DNA of 64,000 nt. Origin: Heptranchias perlo. Its lineage: Eukaryota. A model generated the notes under the pieces. The model saw only the letters and a list, made by a program, of their open reading frames with translations, had not been told where the DNA came from and searched no databases. Every line of letters begins with the position of its first letter. Within the stretch, counting starts at the first letter, position 1. The DNA lies in assembly GCF_035084215.1 (NCBI RefSeq), contig NC_090344.1:49290001-49354000 (forward strand), in the 5' to 3' direction. Below are positions 35,568-47,816 of the stretch, in pieces. A program made the position numbers and the translations under genes.

Positions 35568-38550
35568 ATCATGATTTGGATTTTTGTAGTGTAATTGTAG
35601 CAGGAGTCTGGTTATCTGAGAAATGATTTGAATCAGTTGGATTGAAGTATAAGAATATCCACAAATATTGTCTTTGCTTGTTTAAAGTTCCCCTTTAATA
35701 ATACAGACTAGGAGGGTCCCAGGTATAATCCCAACTCTGTACTGATGTCGCAGTGCAGCACACTAAAACTGGCTTCAGCATCCTAGGCTAGAGATGCAAG
35801 GGGGGAAAAATCAGCTGGAGTTCCTGTTTCTGCAACTGGCCTGTTGGAAAGTGCATGTATGTGTGTATGTTGTGGGAAAAGGATTAAACTTGTCTGGCTC
35901 ACACATGAAGATTTTTAAAGGGGGCCTACATTGTCCACGCTGACATATGAAGAATGGCCACTCAAGTGAGGTACCAGAGTGCAGCTAGCCCCTGCGGGAT
36001 TGTATTCTCACAAGAGTCAGCGCCTCCAGAAAAGCAGGAGAGAAAACTGGAAGAAGAATGAAAATGTCACCTTTTACACCAAGTCATTTGTTAATTCCTC
36101 AACCAGCTTCTTGGAATGTGCGAAACACAGCAACAAATTCAAATCTATCTGACAAAGTAGAGAAAGCTTGCAGTTTAATTGAGCAGGAGAAAATTGGCAA
36201 GGAAAAAAAATGTTTGGTATTCACAGTGAGTGGTATTCAGCTGAGTGCCTCCAAGCTCTGCCAGGTCTGATAGAAGTACTCAGTCTCCTTTTTTAGATTG
36301 ATTCGCACTCCTCTCTATTCTCAGTCAGCCAGAGACATGGAATTCTACAGGGCTGTCATCAGTCACCACACCACCACCACCCCCCACAAATAAAAAAATA
36401 GAAAATGCACTTTACAGGATCGGATAGGTCTCCCCAATGATCCATCTCTTCCCCCCTCTCTTTAAACAACTTTATAAAATTTATGATTTGTCTTTGAGAA
36501 GTACCAAATAACTCCATCTTGCCCGCAAGTGTGATCATGACTTTCCTGTTAAATACGCCACCAATACTCCCTGCCTAACATACATATAAAGAGAGAAAGC
36601 TTACCCATGGTTGTGAAGTGTGACCAGTGCCTGATGAATCGCAGCTCAGTGAAGGAGTCTGTGCCAACAGGAGAGGAGGGGAGAAAGCTGCAGGAGAGAA
36701 GAGAAACAAAGATGAAGTAGCAAAACATTCCCTTCCTGAATAAATAGTCACAGAAGTGAAGTACCTTGAGAATTTGTAAAATCAAATGCAATGTATCAAA
36801 CATGCTTTCAAAGTGAAAATGAGTTAAGTGTAATGTACTGAAACTGATTGCTATATCAGATATGCTGCAATTGAAAAGATTTTTATTCCCATGGATATAG
36901 TAAAATAAAGAGCTCAAAGGAAAATGATGTACTTGATTCAGTTAGAATTGTAATACTTGCAGAAAATGTTTCATTTGTTTTTCCACATCAGAGAATAATG
37001 TTTTAAACTTATTTTACTTTTATGCACTCTTCCTCCTCACTGCAACCCCACTGTGTTGAATTGAAGACTTATCATATCGTGTCCTGCTGTCTAATTAATT
37101 CTTTCCCAGAATCTTAAAACTGTGGCATTCTTCATCTCCCTCAGTCTTCCCTTCCTCCTACAACCGACAACCTAATATGGCATCATCTAATTACTACTTC
37201 CAGATTCAACTCATTTCTTTTACTCCTACTCTTTACAGGTGGTGATGTCCTGTACGATGGGCCTTGGTCTTTCACCGAGGTCTCTCAACAATGGGAAAAA
37301 GAAAATCACCCAGCTCCTACATTGTCCTTCTTGGTCAGGAAGGCAACATTGTCTGACCGATAGACTTTTCGCAGGTGCTGACAGTTTCAATATCATGAGG
37401 TATTTTGGAAAAAAGCCAGTGGAGGAAGGAACCACTTTACTTTGGGCAGTATTTCCTGTTTCCCTCAGAGACTCCTGACTCATTCAGTCCAACTGCTACT
37501 TAAGAGCCTGGTGCTTTTGCAATTGTCGCTTCTGAGTCACACTGTGACTATATTTAATCATCGCTATGGTGATTTTTAAAGGGGGCCTCATACAGAAGGT
37601 TTCAGTTCGTGATTTGGTGTCAGAACTGGCAGGGTGTCCCTTGACCTCAAACTGACTGGCTGACCATCATTGCCACCAAGAGTTGGTGGTCAATCTGCTT
37701 CTTGACCTCCTCAGTGGCCCCTGTGACCGTCCCCAAGTAGGTGCTACATATCATCAGGCCTGATACACTCTCCCCTCAAAACAGGAAGGTGCCACAGCCC
37801 CTGCTAAATACTTCTCTACTCAGTATGACTTAGATGAGGATTTGATCTGGCTTACACCGAGCAAAGAAATATTGATCAAGAAGTAATGTAAAGAACAGTG
37901 GAAATCCCATGGGCTGGGAGAAATATAAAGAACAGCAAAGGGATACAAAGAAAGTAGTTATAACTGCAAAAAGGGAATACGAGAAAAAACTTGCGAGGGA
38001 TATCAAGGACAACACTAAAGGTTTTTAAAAGTATATTAAGAGAAAGAGGGTGGCTAAGGGTAATGTGTGTTCCTTAAAGACAGATGCAGATGATATTGTA
38101 ATTGAAAATGAGCAAATGGCAGGCTTGCTAAATAGTTACTTTGCATCAGACTTTTCAGGAGAGAAAGAGGATAAAGTTCCAGAGATTAGAGGAAAACTAA
38201 AACCAAATCAAGGGGAAGAAATAACTAGATTTAATATAAATAGAAAAATGGTAATGGAGAAAATAATGATACTACAAAGATAAATAAATCTCCAGTACCT
38301 GATATTTTCCACCCCAGGGTATTAAGAAAAGTAGGTGAGGAAACTGTACGTGCTCGAGTTATGGTCTTCCAAAACGCTCTTGATTCAGGAATCGTCCCCC
38401 TGGATTGGAAAATTGCCAGTGTCACTCCATTATTTAAAAAGGGTAGGAGAGATAAACTAGGTCCTTATAGGCCTATAAGTCTAACGTCTGTTGTGGGGAA
38501 GTTACTAGAATCTGTATTTAGGGACAAAGTGACTGAGTACTTGGACAAAC

Positions 38551-39945
38551 ATAGGAACATAGGAATATAGGAACAGGAGTAGGCCATTCAGCCCCTCGAG
38601 CCTGCTCCGCCATTTGATAAGATCATGGCTGATCTGTGATCTAACTCCATATACCTGCCTTTGGTTCATATCCCTTAATACCTTTGGTTGCCAAAAAGCT
38701 ATCTATCTCAGATTTAAATTTAGCAATTGAGCGAGTATCAATTGCCATTTGCGGAAGAGAGTTCCAAACTTCTACCACCCTTTGTGTGTAGAAATGTTTC
38801 CCAACTTCACTCCTGAAAGTCCTGGCTCGAATTTTTAGGCTATGTCCCCTAGTCCTACACACCCCAACCAGCGGAAATAGTTTCTCTCTATCTACCCTAT
38901 CAGTTCCCCTTAATATCTTATAAACTTCGATCAGATCGCCTCTTAACCTTCAAAACTCTGGAGAATACAACCCCAATTTGTGTAATCTCGCCTCGTAACT
39001 TAACCCTTGAAGTCTGGGTATCATTCTAGTAAACCTACGCTGCACTCCCTCCAAGGCCAATATGTCCTTCCGAAGGTGTGGAGCCCAGAACTGCTCACAG
39101 TACTCCAGGTGCGGTCTAACCAGGGTTTTGTATAGCTGCAGCATAACTTCTGCCCCCTTGTACTCTAGTCCTCTAGATATAAAGGCCAGCATTCCATTAG
39201 CCTTATTGATTATTTTCTGCACCTGTTCATGACACTTCAATGATCTATGTACCTGAACCCAAGTCCCTTTGGACATCCACTGTTTTTAACTTTTTACCAT
39301 TTAGAAAGTACCCTGTTCTATCCTATTTTTATCCAAAGTGGATGACCTCACATTTGCCTACATTGAATTCCATTCACCTAATCTACCAATATCGCTTTGT
39401 AATTTTATATTTTCATCTACACTGCTCACAATGCCACCAATCTTTGTGTCATCGGCAAACTTAAATATGAGACTTTCTATGCCTTCATCTAAGTCGTTAA
39501 TAAATAATGTGAAAAATTGAGGCCCCAAGACAGATCCCTGCGGGACTCCACTAGTCACATCCTGCCAATGTGAGTACCTACCCATTATCGCCTTTCACTC
39601 AGCTAACTTCCTAACCAAGTCCGTACTTTTCCCTCGATTCCATGGGCTTCTATCTGAGCTAACAGTCTCTTATGTGGGACCTTATCAAATGCCTTCTGGA
39701 AGTCCATATAAATAACATCCATTCCCCTGTCCACTACTTCAGTCACCTCTTCAAAAAATTCAATCAGGTTTGTCAGGCACGACCTACCTTTCACAAATCC
39801 ATGCTGGCTCTCTCTGATTAACTGAAAATTCTCGAGGTGTTCAGTCACCCTATCCTTAATTATAGACTCCAGCATTTTCCCCAAAACAGATGTTTGGCTA
39901 ACTGGTCTATAATCCCCTGGTTTCCGTCTCTCTCCTTCCTTAAAA
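38551..39945 (-). mobile_element. CR1 LINE inserted antisense in the previous CR1
   Basis: [36 protein letters not shown]; (cataggaa)n tail; aaacat flanks. Confidence 0.9.
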
Positions 39946-41112
39946 ACATGAACTGATCAGAGGGAGCTGGATGGATTTGTAAAGGGTAAATCGTGTCTCA
40001 CAAACCTCGTTGAATTTTTTGAGAAAGTAACTAAAGTGGTAGATAAGGGACTGTAATTCTGGACTTCGAACAAGGCATTCGAAAAGGTTCCACACAAGAG
40101 ACTGTTAACAAAAATGAGAGCGCATGGAATTGGAGGTAACCTATTGACATGGGTAGGGAATTGGTTAGGAGGTAAAAGACAAAGAGTATGGATAATGGGT
40201 ATGTACTCCGATTGGCAGGATGTGACTTGTGGTGTCCCCCAGGCCTCAGCTTTTCACTGTATTTATAATTGACTTAGACAAAGGGATAGACAGCCATATG
40301 TCCAAGTTTGCTGATGACACTAAGTTAGATGGCATCGTAAATAGTGTAGATGAGAGCAGAAAATTGAAAGATTATGTAAGTGGGAAAAACTGTGGCAAAT
40401 GGTGTTTAAAGTGGGGAAGTGTGAGGTCATCCAATGTAGACTGAAGAAAGATAGATCAGAGTAGTTTCCAAATGGTAAGAAGTGAGATTTAGGGGTCCAT
40501 GTACAGAAATCACTAAAAGCTAGTGGAAAGGTACAAAAAAATCATTAAAAAGGCTAATGGAATGTTGGCCTTTATCTCAAGGGGGCTGGAATCCAAAGGG
40601 GTAGATGTTATGTCACAGTTATATAAAGCTCTGGTCAGACCCATCTGGAGTACTGTGTTCAGTTCTGGACACCGTGCTTCTGGAAGGATATATTGGCCTT
40701 GGAAGGGGTGCAGTGCAGATTCCCCAGAATGATACCAGGACTAAAAGGGTTAAATTATGAGGCCAGGTTGCATAGACTTGGCTTGCATTCCCTTGAGTCT
40801 AAAAGATTAAGGGGTGATCTAATTGAGATGTTTAAGATGATTGAAGGATTTGATAAGATAGAGAGAAACTATTTCTTCTGGTGGAGGAGTCCAGAATAAG
40901 GAGGCACAGGGCTCGATGTTAGCAGGGCTGCGGGTTCGCGGCGGGGGGGCTATTGGGCGCGTGGGTAACACGCCCGGTGAAATTAGTCTGCCCCCCACAT
41001 GATCGCAGCCTAATTGGATTCACTTACCTGGTCTTCCGGGTTCCCCACTGCTGATCTGCGCATCGGGCGGACTGCGCATGCGCAGTAAGCTCTGTCAGCT
41101 GGAGGAGCTCTA

Positions 41113-41435
41113 TTTTTTTTTATTCGTTCACGGGGTGTGGGCGTCGCTGGCGAGGCCAGCATTTATTGCCCATCCCTAATTGCCCTCGAGAAGGTGGTGG
41201 TGAGCCGCCTTCTTAAACCGCTGCAGTCCGTGTGGTGACGGTTCTCCCACAGTGCTGTTAGGAAGGGAGTTCCAGGATTTTGACCCAGCGACAATGAAGG
41301 AACGGCGATATATTTCCAAGTCGGGATGGTGTGTGACTTGTAGGGGAACGTGCAGTTGGTGTTGTTCCCATGCGCCTGCTGCTCTTGTCCTTCTAGGTGG
41401 TAGAGGTCGCGGGTTTGGGAGGTGCTGTCGAAGGC
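41113..41435 (-). mobile_element. 3' fragment of the tRNA-headed LINE inserted in the Harbinger
   Basis: Reverse complement of 57495-57817; ctattt duplicated at both sides. Confidence 0.85.
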
Positions 41436-42909
41436 CTATTTAAAGGGGCAGTCCTCCATTGACAGATGCTGCAACAAATAGAAAAAATTACAGCATGGAG
41501 CAGCCCAGGAAGAAGGCTGCTCCCAGTTTAATGATGCCTCACTCCAGGTGTCATTAGATGGGGTGAGGAGGAGGGGGAGGACAGAGATCTTCCCTCCGGC
41601 GGGCGGGAGGAAGCGGCCTGCCTCTGCCACCAGGAAGGCCTGGCTCGAGGTGGCAGAGGAGGTCACCTGCACCACCAACATATCGCCCACCTGCATACAG
41701 TGCATGAGGCGCTCCAATGACCTAAGTAGGTCAGCCAAAGTGAGTACACTTACTCATTCCCCTACACTCCATCTGCCACATCACCGCCCCCACCCCACAT
41801 CTCCTTCTGCACTGCCAACACTACTCTGTCACATTACTCCTCACACCCACTCAAAGCTCATCCTCATCTTACCTGCACTTACTCACCTCGCCAGTACTCA
41901 TCCCGCCACTACCACTCAACCCAATCCTCATACAATCTCATGGCTCTATCTCGTACTCACCCTCTCCTGCATCTCTTTCACAGTCAGCCTCACTCAACCT
42001 GCCACTACCTGTGCTGCAGCCACAGGGCATGCATCACATATGTGCAGTAGGCAGCGTAAGGCAAACGTGTCGTGAGCATGAAGGGGATGCACAAGGGTGT
42101 TTGAGGGTTTGTCATGGTTTTTACTTATGTTGAATTTCTGACCAACTCACATTACATATTATATTGGCACCACTACTGCCATGTCTTTGCGAATCCTGTC
42201 TGGTTTGTGCAATAATGCCCTTTCCTGAGGATTACAATGAAGACTCACAACTGATGACACCCATTGTGTCACTGCAGAGTGGTGTAGGTGTATTTGCAGG
42301 GCTCTTTTGTGCAGACGACTGAGAGATGTCGGCGATGTCCCCGGTGGCACCCTGGAAGGATGCGGAGGAGAAGTTGTTGAGGGCAGTGGTGACTTTGACA
42401 GCGACAGGTAAGAGGATGGTGCTCGGGCCAACCGGGAGCAGCTCGGCATGAAGGAGGCTGCAGATGTCCACGACTACATGTCGAGTGACTCTGAGCCTCC
42501 GTGTGCACTGCTGCTCAGAGAGATCCAGGAAGCTGAGCCTCGGTCTGTGGACCCTGTGGCGAGGGTAGTGCCCTCTGCAACGCATCTCTCTCTGCGGTTG
42601 CCCTCCCTCCTGCTGTGCAGGTGGATGTGTCACAGCACTCTGTTGTGGAGCTGCACGTGTCAGAGGTGAGACGGCGTGGCCGGCGAGGCTGGTGATGCTG
42701 TTCGCCCTCCGAGGAGGTCAAGACTGCAGCTACGGCGGCCCCCATTCAGAAGATGTACATCTGAGGGGGTCTGCAAGGTAGGTACATGTCTCTGGACCCC
42801 AGGGTAAGTGTGCAAGTTGGTGAATTTTCTTGTCAGGAGGAGGGTGGTGGAGGCCAAACTTCGTCCCAAGTGACAGAGTGGCCTCCTGCAATGAGTGAGG
42901 GTCTCCCCC

Positions 42910-43580
42910 TGATGATCCGGATTCTTTCCCCTCAGTCTGGTTCAGTAAAAACTGAAGTCGAATACATTTTAAAGTTCATCACAACTTTAATAGCAGAGTT
43001 CTTAGTCTGCAGCATGGATTTGGACTCCTGATAGAGTCCCTCTATGCTGGCAGAGCAAGAACAAGAAACATACAGAAATCCACACGTTTTTATACAAATC
43101 AATAGGGTTGGAACATACTTAACGAGGGTCAACACCAATCATAAGCCGGGCATAGGTTGCCATGTGAGGTTACATTATTTCCGGCCAATCATAAATCGTC
43201 CATGTGCTGATCATGCTGCTGTTAGACATCAAAGGGGATACTTCCTCACCTTCCAACTTGGAATGTTCTTCCCTGTCCCTTCTGTTCCTTATCTCCCAAC
43301 CTGGAATGTCTTTCAACTTTGGCTAAGCTCGTTACCTATATTGATCTGCCATAAACATGGAGACATTCAGACCAGTCCTTGAATCACATCAAAGACTCTA
43401 CATTGCTAAGACCATGCAAACCTGCTGACTACGCAAACATATGGCCCAGCAGGAGGCCAGGCCACCTGTACCAATCTCAGTTACTAACTAATTAACCCTT
43501 TCTAACCATTTTGCATTCTGCTTCTTTGCCACGTAGACATTTTAATATTTTACTGAAAACTGACCACGTAGGGATTCTCA
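42910..43580 (-). mobile_element. Solo LTR (671 bp)
   Basis: TG...CA ends with inverted termini TGATGATCC / TGAGAATCC, CCCCC TSD, minus-strand TATAAAA (43088-43094) and ATTAAA (42986-42991). Confidence 0.8.
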
Positions 43581-44594
43581 CCCCCACCACCTGTCAAATG
43601 GACCTTTGCAGCTGCCACAGGCTGACAGCTGCAACACGTCGATTTGAACTGGGAGTGTTTCCTCCAGTATGGGAAACAGTCCCAGTTGTCTATAAAATCC
43701 CACCCCTCCTCACATAATCCCTTAATCAGGTCAGTTAATGACCTGAAATAGCACAATAAATACTTTCAAGTGGCATCCCGCTGGCTTTAATTGCCTGCGG
43801 GATTCCCACATGCGGGGGCTGCGCGCGCACGTCGGCGCGTCAGTGGGGAACCCGGAAGTGGGCGGGTTGGAGCCGGGCTCCGGACCCGCTCCGGGATTCC
43901 CCGATTTTCGGAGCCCCCCGCCAGGAACGCACCCGATAGCGGGTGCTAAAATGAAGCCCATAATCTTAAAATTAGAGCTAGGCAGTTCAAGGGTGATGTC
44001 AGGAAGCACTTCTTCTCACAAAGGATCGTAGAGATCTGGAACTCTCTCCCGCAAAAGGCTGTGGGTGCTGGGTAAATTGAAACTTTCAAGACTGAGATCA
44101 ATAGATTTTTATTAGGCAAGGGTATTAAGGGATACGGAACCAAGGCGGGTAGATGGAGTTGAAGTACAGATCAGCCATGATCTAATTGAACGGTGGAACA
44201 TGCTCGAGGGGCTGATTGGCCTACACCTGTTCCGATATTCCGATGTTCCTATGAACAGGGACTATGGTACCTTCAGTCTGTGGTGCTGAACGTGTGCCAG
44301 TGGTCATTGTTATTCGTTACCAACTATCTACTCGCTCATTTTGCATTCACCACGCACTATGGTTGCAAATGTGCTGGGTGTCCTCCAGTGTCTTTCCCAA
44401 GAGGCCATTCTTCATTTGGCGGGTATCACACCCCAGCCTGATCTTGTCCTCATCTTAAGTTCACAAGCGCAGGAATCACTGAACAGTGATTAGCAACAGG
44501 AACAATACCTAATATTTTATCTCCGTCCTTACACAAGAGATTCTGGGTTCAATTGTTGAACCCCAACTGCCACGCCGGCTGAGATCAGACTGGG

Positions 44595-45015
44595 GCCTAT
44601 ACTCTCTGGAGTTTAGAAGAATGAGAGGTGATCTCATTGAAACATATAAGATTCTGAGGGGGCTTGACAGGGTGGATTCCGAGAGGTTATTTCCCCTGGC
44701 TGGAGAGTCTAGAACTAGAGGGCACAGTCGCAGGATAAGGGGTCGGCCATTTGAGACTGAGATGAGGAGAAATTTCTTCACTCAGAGGGTTGTGAATCTT
44801 TGGAATTCTCTACTCCAGAGAGCTGCGGATGCTCAGTCATTGAATATATTCAAGGCTGAGATCGATAGATTTTTGGACTCGAGGGGAATCAAGGGATATG
44901 GGGATCGAGCGGGAAAGTGGAGTTGAGGTCGAAGATCAGCCATGATCTTATTGAATGGCGGAGCAGACTCGAGGAGCCGTATGGCCTACTCCTGCTCCTA
45001 TTTCTCATGTTCTTG
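44595..45015 (+). mobile_element. CR1 LINE 3' end
   Basis: MRGDLIETYKILRGLDRVD...WNSLLQRA plus CR1 3'UTR. Confidence 0.92.
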
Positions 45016-45129
45016 TTTGAGGAAATCTAACCTGGGACCTTGTGGCTCCACGGGGTTCAGTTAGTTGCGCACTGTTTTTGCCAACTGAACTATTAGAAAA
45101 GGAAAATAGCTGACATCCAAGGGATGAAT

Positions 45130-45545
45130 GACAGATGAGTCCATGTACTGGGGGTACGCATGACTGGCCTTCACATCAACCTTGACTGTACATTATTCTG
45201 CCTTTCATTTGTTTTCCCCCCCCCCCCGCCCCCCCCACCTTTGTATATTGGGCTCTGAGAGTTCAGGAACAGTTACTCATGTGTGTTACACTCCTTGGTG
45301 GGTGAACAATGGAGCAGTAAATTTAAGTTACCCTGTTCTCCTGGCTACAGAAAGAGTGTGTGAATGTGCCTTGTATTGTACAGAATGTATTAGAAGATAT
45401 ATACCGTGTTTTGTATTGTAATAATGGGATCACAGTGTGTACAATCAGTATTGTATTGTTTTGAATTGTAATTGTGATATTTACATTGAACTGTGTGTAT
45501 CTTTAAATTTTATGAAATAAAGTATATTGTGAAATGAAAAATAAC
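45130..45545 (+). mobile_element. Possible L1/Tx1-like LINE 3'UTR
   Basis: TGT-rich tract ending ttttatgaaataaagtatattg plus A-rich run. Confidence 0.35.
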
Positions 45546-46095
45546 GTTTTTAAAAATTTGCACAGATGGGGTTGTAACCAGGAGGAAGTGACTGTTGATA
45601 GGGACAAGGTCATTGCAGCCATGATTTCCTCAGTGATGACTCCAATGCCAGGAGCTGTGAGTTTACCTTTTTCAAGAAATCATACAATAGGTTTATGTGT
45701 TCTTGAGGCAAACTGTAAATCTGTTGTTGGGAACATCGCCAATAGTTAGGATGTAACTTGATGTTTCGAATGTGCCAAATTTTATTGTGCACTTAGTTAC
45801 TGTTAATAAGATACTTTGATATAACACTCTTTCCTATAATTTTGAATGATTATTTTGCTAATTTTCATCTCTCCTCTCTTCCTGCTGGCTTCCACTGGTG
45901 TTGACTGCGTTTTCATCCTCCACCGAATGGGCCATTCTTCATGTGTGAGTGGGGGATCCCAGCCAAGCTCAATCCTGTCCTTTCTTGGTCACCCCATATG
46001 CATGCTTTGCAGCATGGTGATCAGGAGTGGGAACCCTGACTCATTCCATAGCCCAGGAGTGCTGAGGACAATTTCAGCCCCCTCTACATCCACCC

Positions 46096-46320
46096 TGATG
46101 TGGAGATGCCGGTGATGGACTGGGGTTGACAATTGTAAACAATTTTACAACACCAAGTTATAGTCCAGCAATTTTATTTTAAATTCACAAGCTTTCGGAG
46201 GCTTCCTCCTTCGTCAGGTTTTCACATCGTTCACCTGACGAAGGAGGAAGCCTCCGAAAGCTTGTGAATTTAAAATAAAATTGCTGGACTATAACTTGGT
46301 GTTGTAAAATTGTTTACAAT
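46096..46320. mobile_element. Penelope-like inverted-repeat insertion
   Basis: About 88-bp perfect inverted repeat; TSD acatccaccc(tg) at 46086 and 46321. Confidence 0.85.
46230..46268 (+). ncRNA. Minimal hammerhead ribozyme (Penelope type)
   Basis: ttcac-CTGACGA-a-ggagg/aag/cctcc-GAAA-gctt-gtgaa: stem I, catalytic core, stem II, palindromic AAGCTT stem III. Confidence 0.75.
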
Positions 46321-47816
46321 ACATCCACCCTGGCTGAGATCAGCAAACTCAGAACAGCTGGCATCTTTTCTGTATTCTGTTAACGATCGCGTATTTACGT
46401 GTAACAGTTTGGTGTGTTACAGTCGCACAAGCCACAGACATGATGTTACAAACGTGCAATAAAAAAAAGGAAACATTTTTTAAAAAAGAATTCACCATGA
46501 CTGTAGCAGTCCAGTGGATAGCGTTGCTACAGTGAAGAGTTGTTTAATGAGCAACACCACTCTGAATAAACAAACTTCAAGAGTCAACATCCTTCAAGTA
46601 AATACTTCCACAGCGGAAATGTATTATCAATGGTGGCTGTGGCCTGGACAGGCTGGGCAATGAAGAGTATCTCTCTGACAGTAGCTGTAAATATCACTGT
46701 AAGTGCTAAAGGCGGTGCAGGCAACATCCTGTCTCCTGAAGACTTTTTCTTTAATTCTACTTGTGTTGGCCAAAGTTGCAAAAGTCGCAGAAACTGCCTG
46801 AGACCTTGTCCAAGTAACCATTTCCTATGCATGCGCCTGGACAACATGTGTCAGCAGGCTATTTGACTGAAGAGGGCATCACAGCCAAGTTTGATCCTGT
46901 CCTTACCTGACTTCTGCACATGCACTCTCTCCAGCAAGGGCAGCTGGGGCGCAATCATGACATGGAAATCTGGCTGATTGAACTCCTCCCTAGCCCAGGG
47001 GCCGTGAGGCCAAATGTGGCGCTCCCGCTACTGGTGCTCTGGCCGAAATCAGCCAACTCAGCACAGAGCAGGGATGAGATCTTCCTGGTCTGTTTTGCAA
47101 ATGCACTTACCCAATGAATCATCAGGAGGAAATTTTAAAAGATTTACTAAATCAAAAGGCTTGGTAATGCCTCAAAGTGATCGAGAGGAGGTTTGAGTAA
47201 AGGGAAGGCAACCCTGCTGAGTCAGGTCGAAGCAGTTGCTGTGGTTTAATTCCTGGTTCTGATATTATTTGTGATAATTAGAAAGCTCAGCACATGTGCT
47301 TCCCAAAGGGGAAGTGTTTTGGTTAAACTGAGATACATTGTTACTGGTCACTCTCTCGGAATGATTAACCTCAAATCACAAAAACACACTAAACCTTGGA
47401 AATTCACATTCTCTTTCACTGATTGGAAAAGAAGAAGCAGAAAGAATTTTGAAACCAATCCCTCCTCCCAGCAACTCACGATGGGATCCAAAGATTTGTT
47501 TTTATGCGATGTAAATGCAATCTGTTTGGCCATTTTACTTACCTTTGGATTTATTTAATAGAATTCCTCCCTCGTGCTTCTCTGCTCACTAACACAAGGT
47601 AAAATCATTTAAAATTCCCATCTGGCACTGTGCGCTTCTAAATAAGTAGCCATCACTGAGCTTTCCATCAAACCTATGTTTGTGATTACCTAGTTTTCGT
47701 TCATCGATCTACGTGTTATAGTTCATAGCTTGTCCTCTAACTCAGGGATTTGTTCTCTCCCCATTCTGTTCCTTAACCTTCCCCCTGACAATGATCTCTT
47801 CATTGGCCAACCCAAC

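Larger units (their letters stand above)
40909..43959. mobile_element. Non-autonomous PIF/Harbinger, copy 2 (opposite orientation)
   Basis: Terminal inverted repeats GGGCTCGATGTTAGCA / GGGCTTCATTTTAGCA, ACA/ATA flanks; Myb exon 1 near 41495-41740 (+), transposase N-terminus near 42232-42745 (-). Confidence 0.88.
37830..44250 (+). mobile_element. Degenerate CR1 LINE hosting nested insertions
   Basis: Colinear RT fragments at 38050-38550, 39947-40908 and 43960-44250. Confidence 0.85.

Noticed and set aside
37239-37800. Exon-like ORF after a pyrimidine tract
   Set aside because: No recognisable protein; the plausible frame stops and adjacent sequence looks like decayed LINE
46584-46866. Overlapping Cys-containing ORFs in unique sequence
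   Set aside because: No homology recognised and no consistent splice phase
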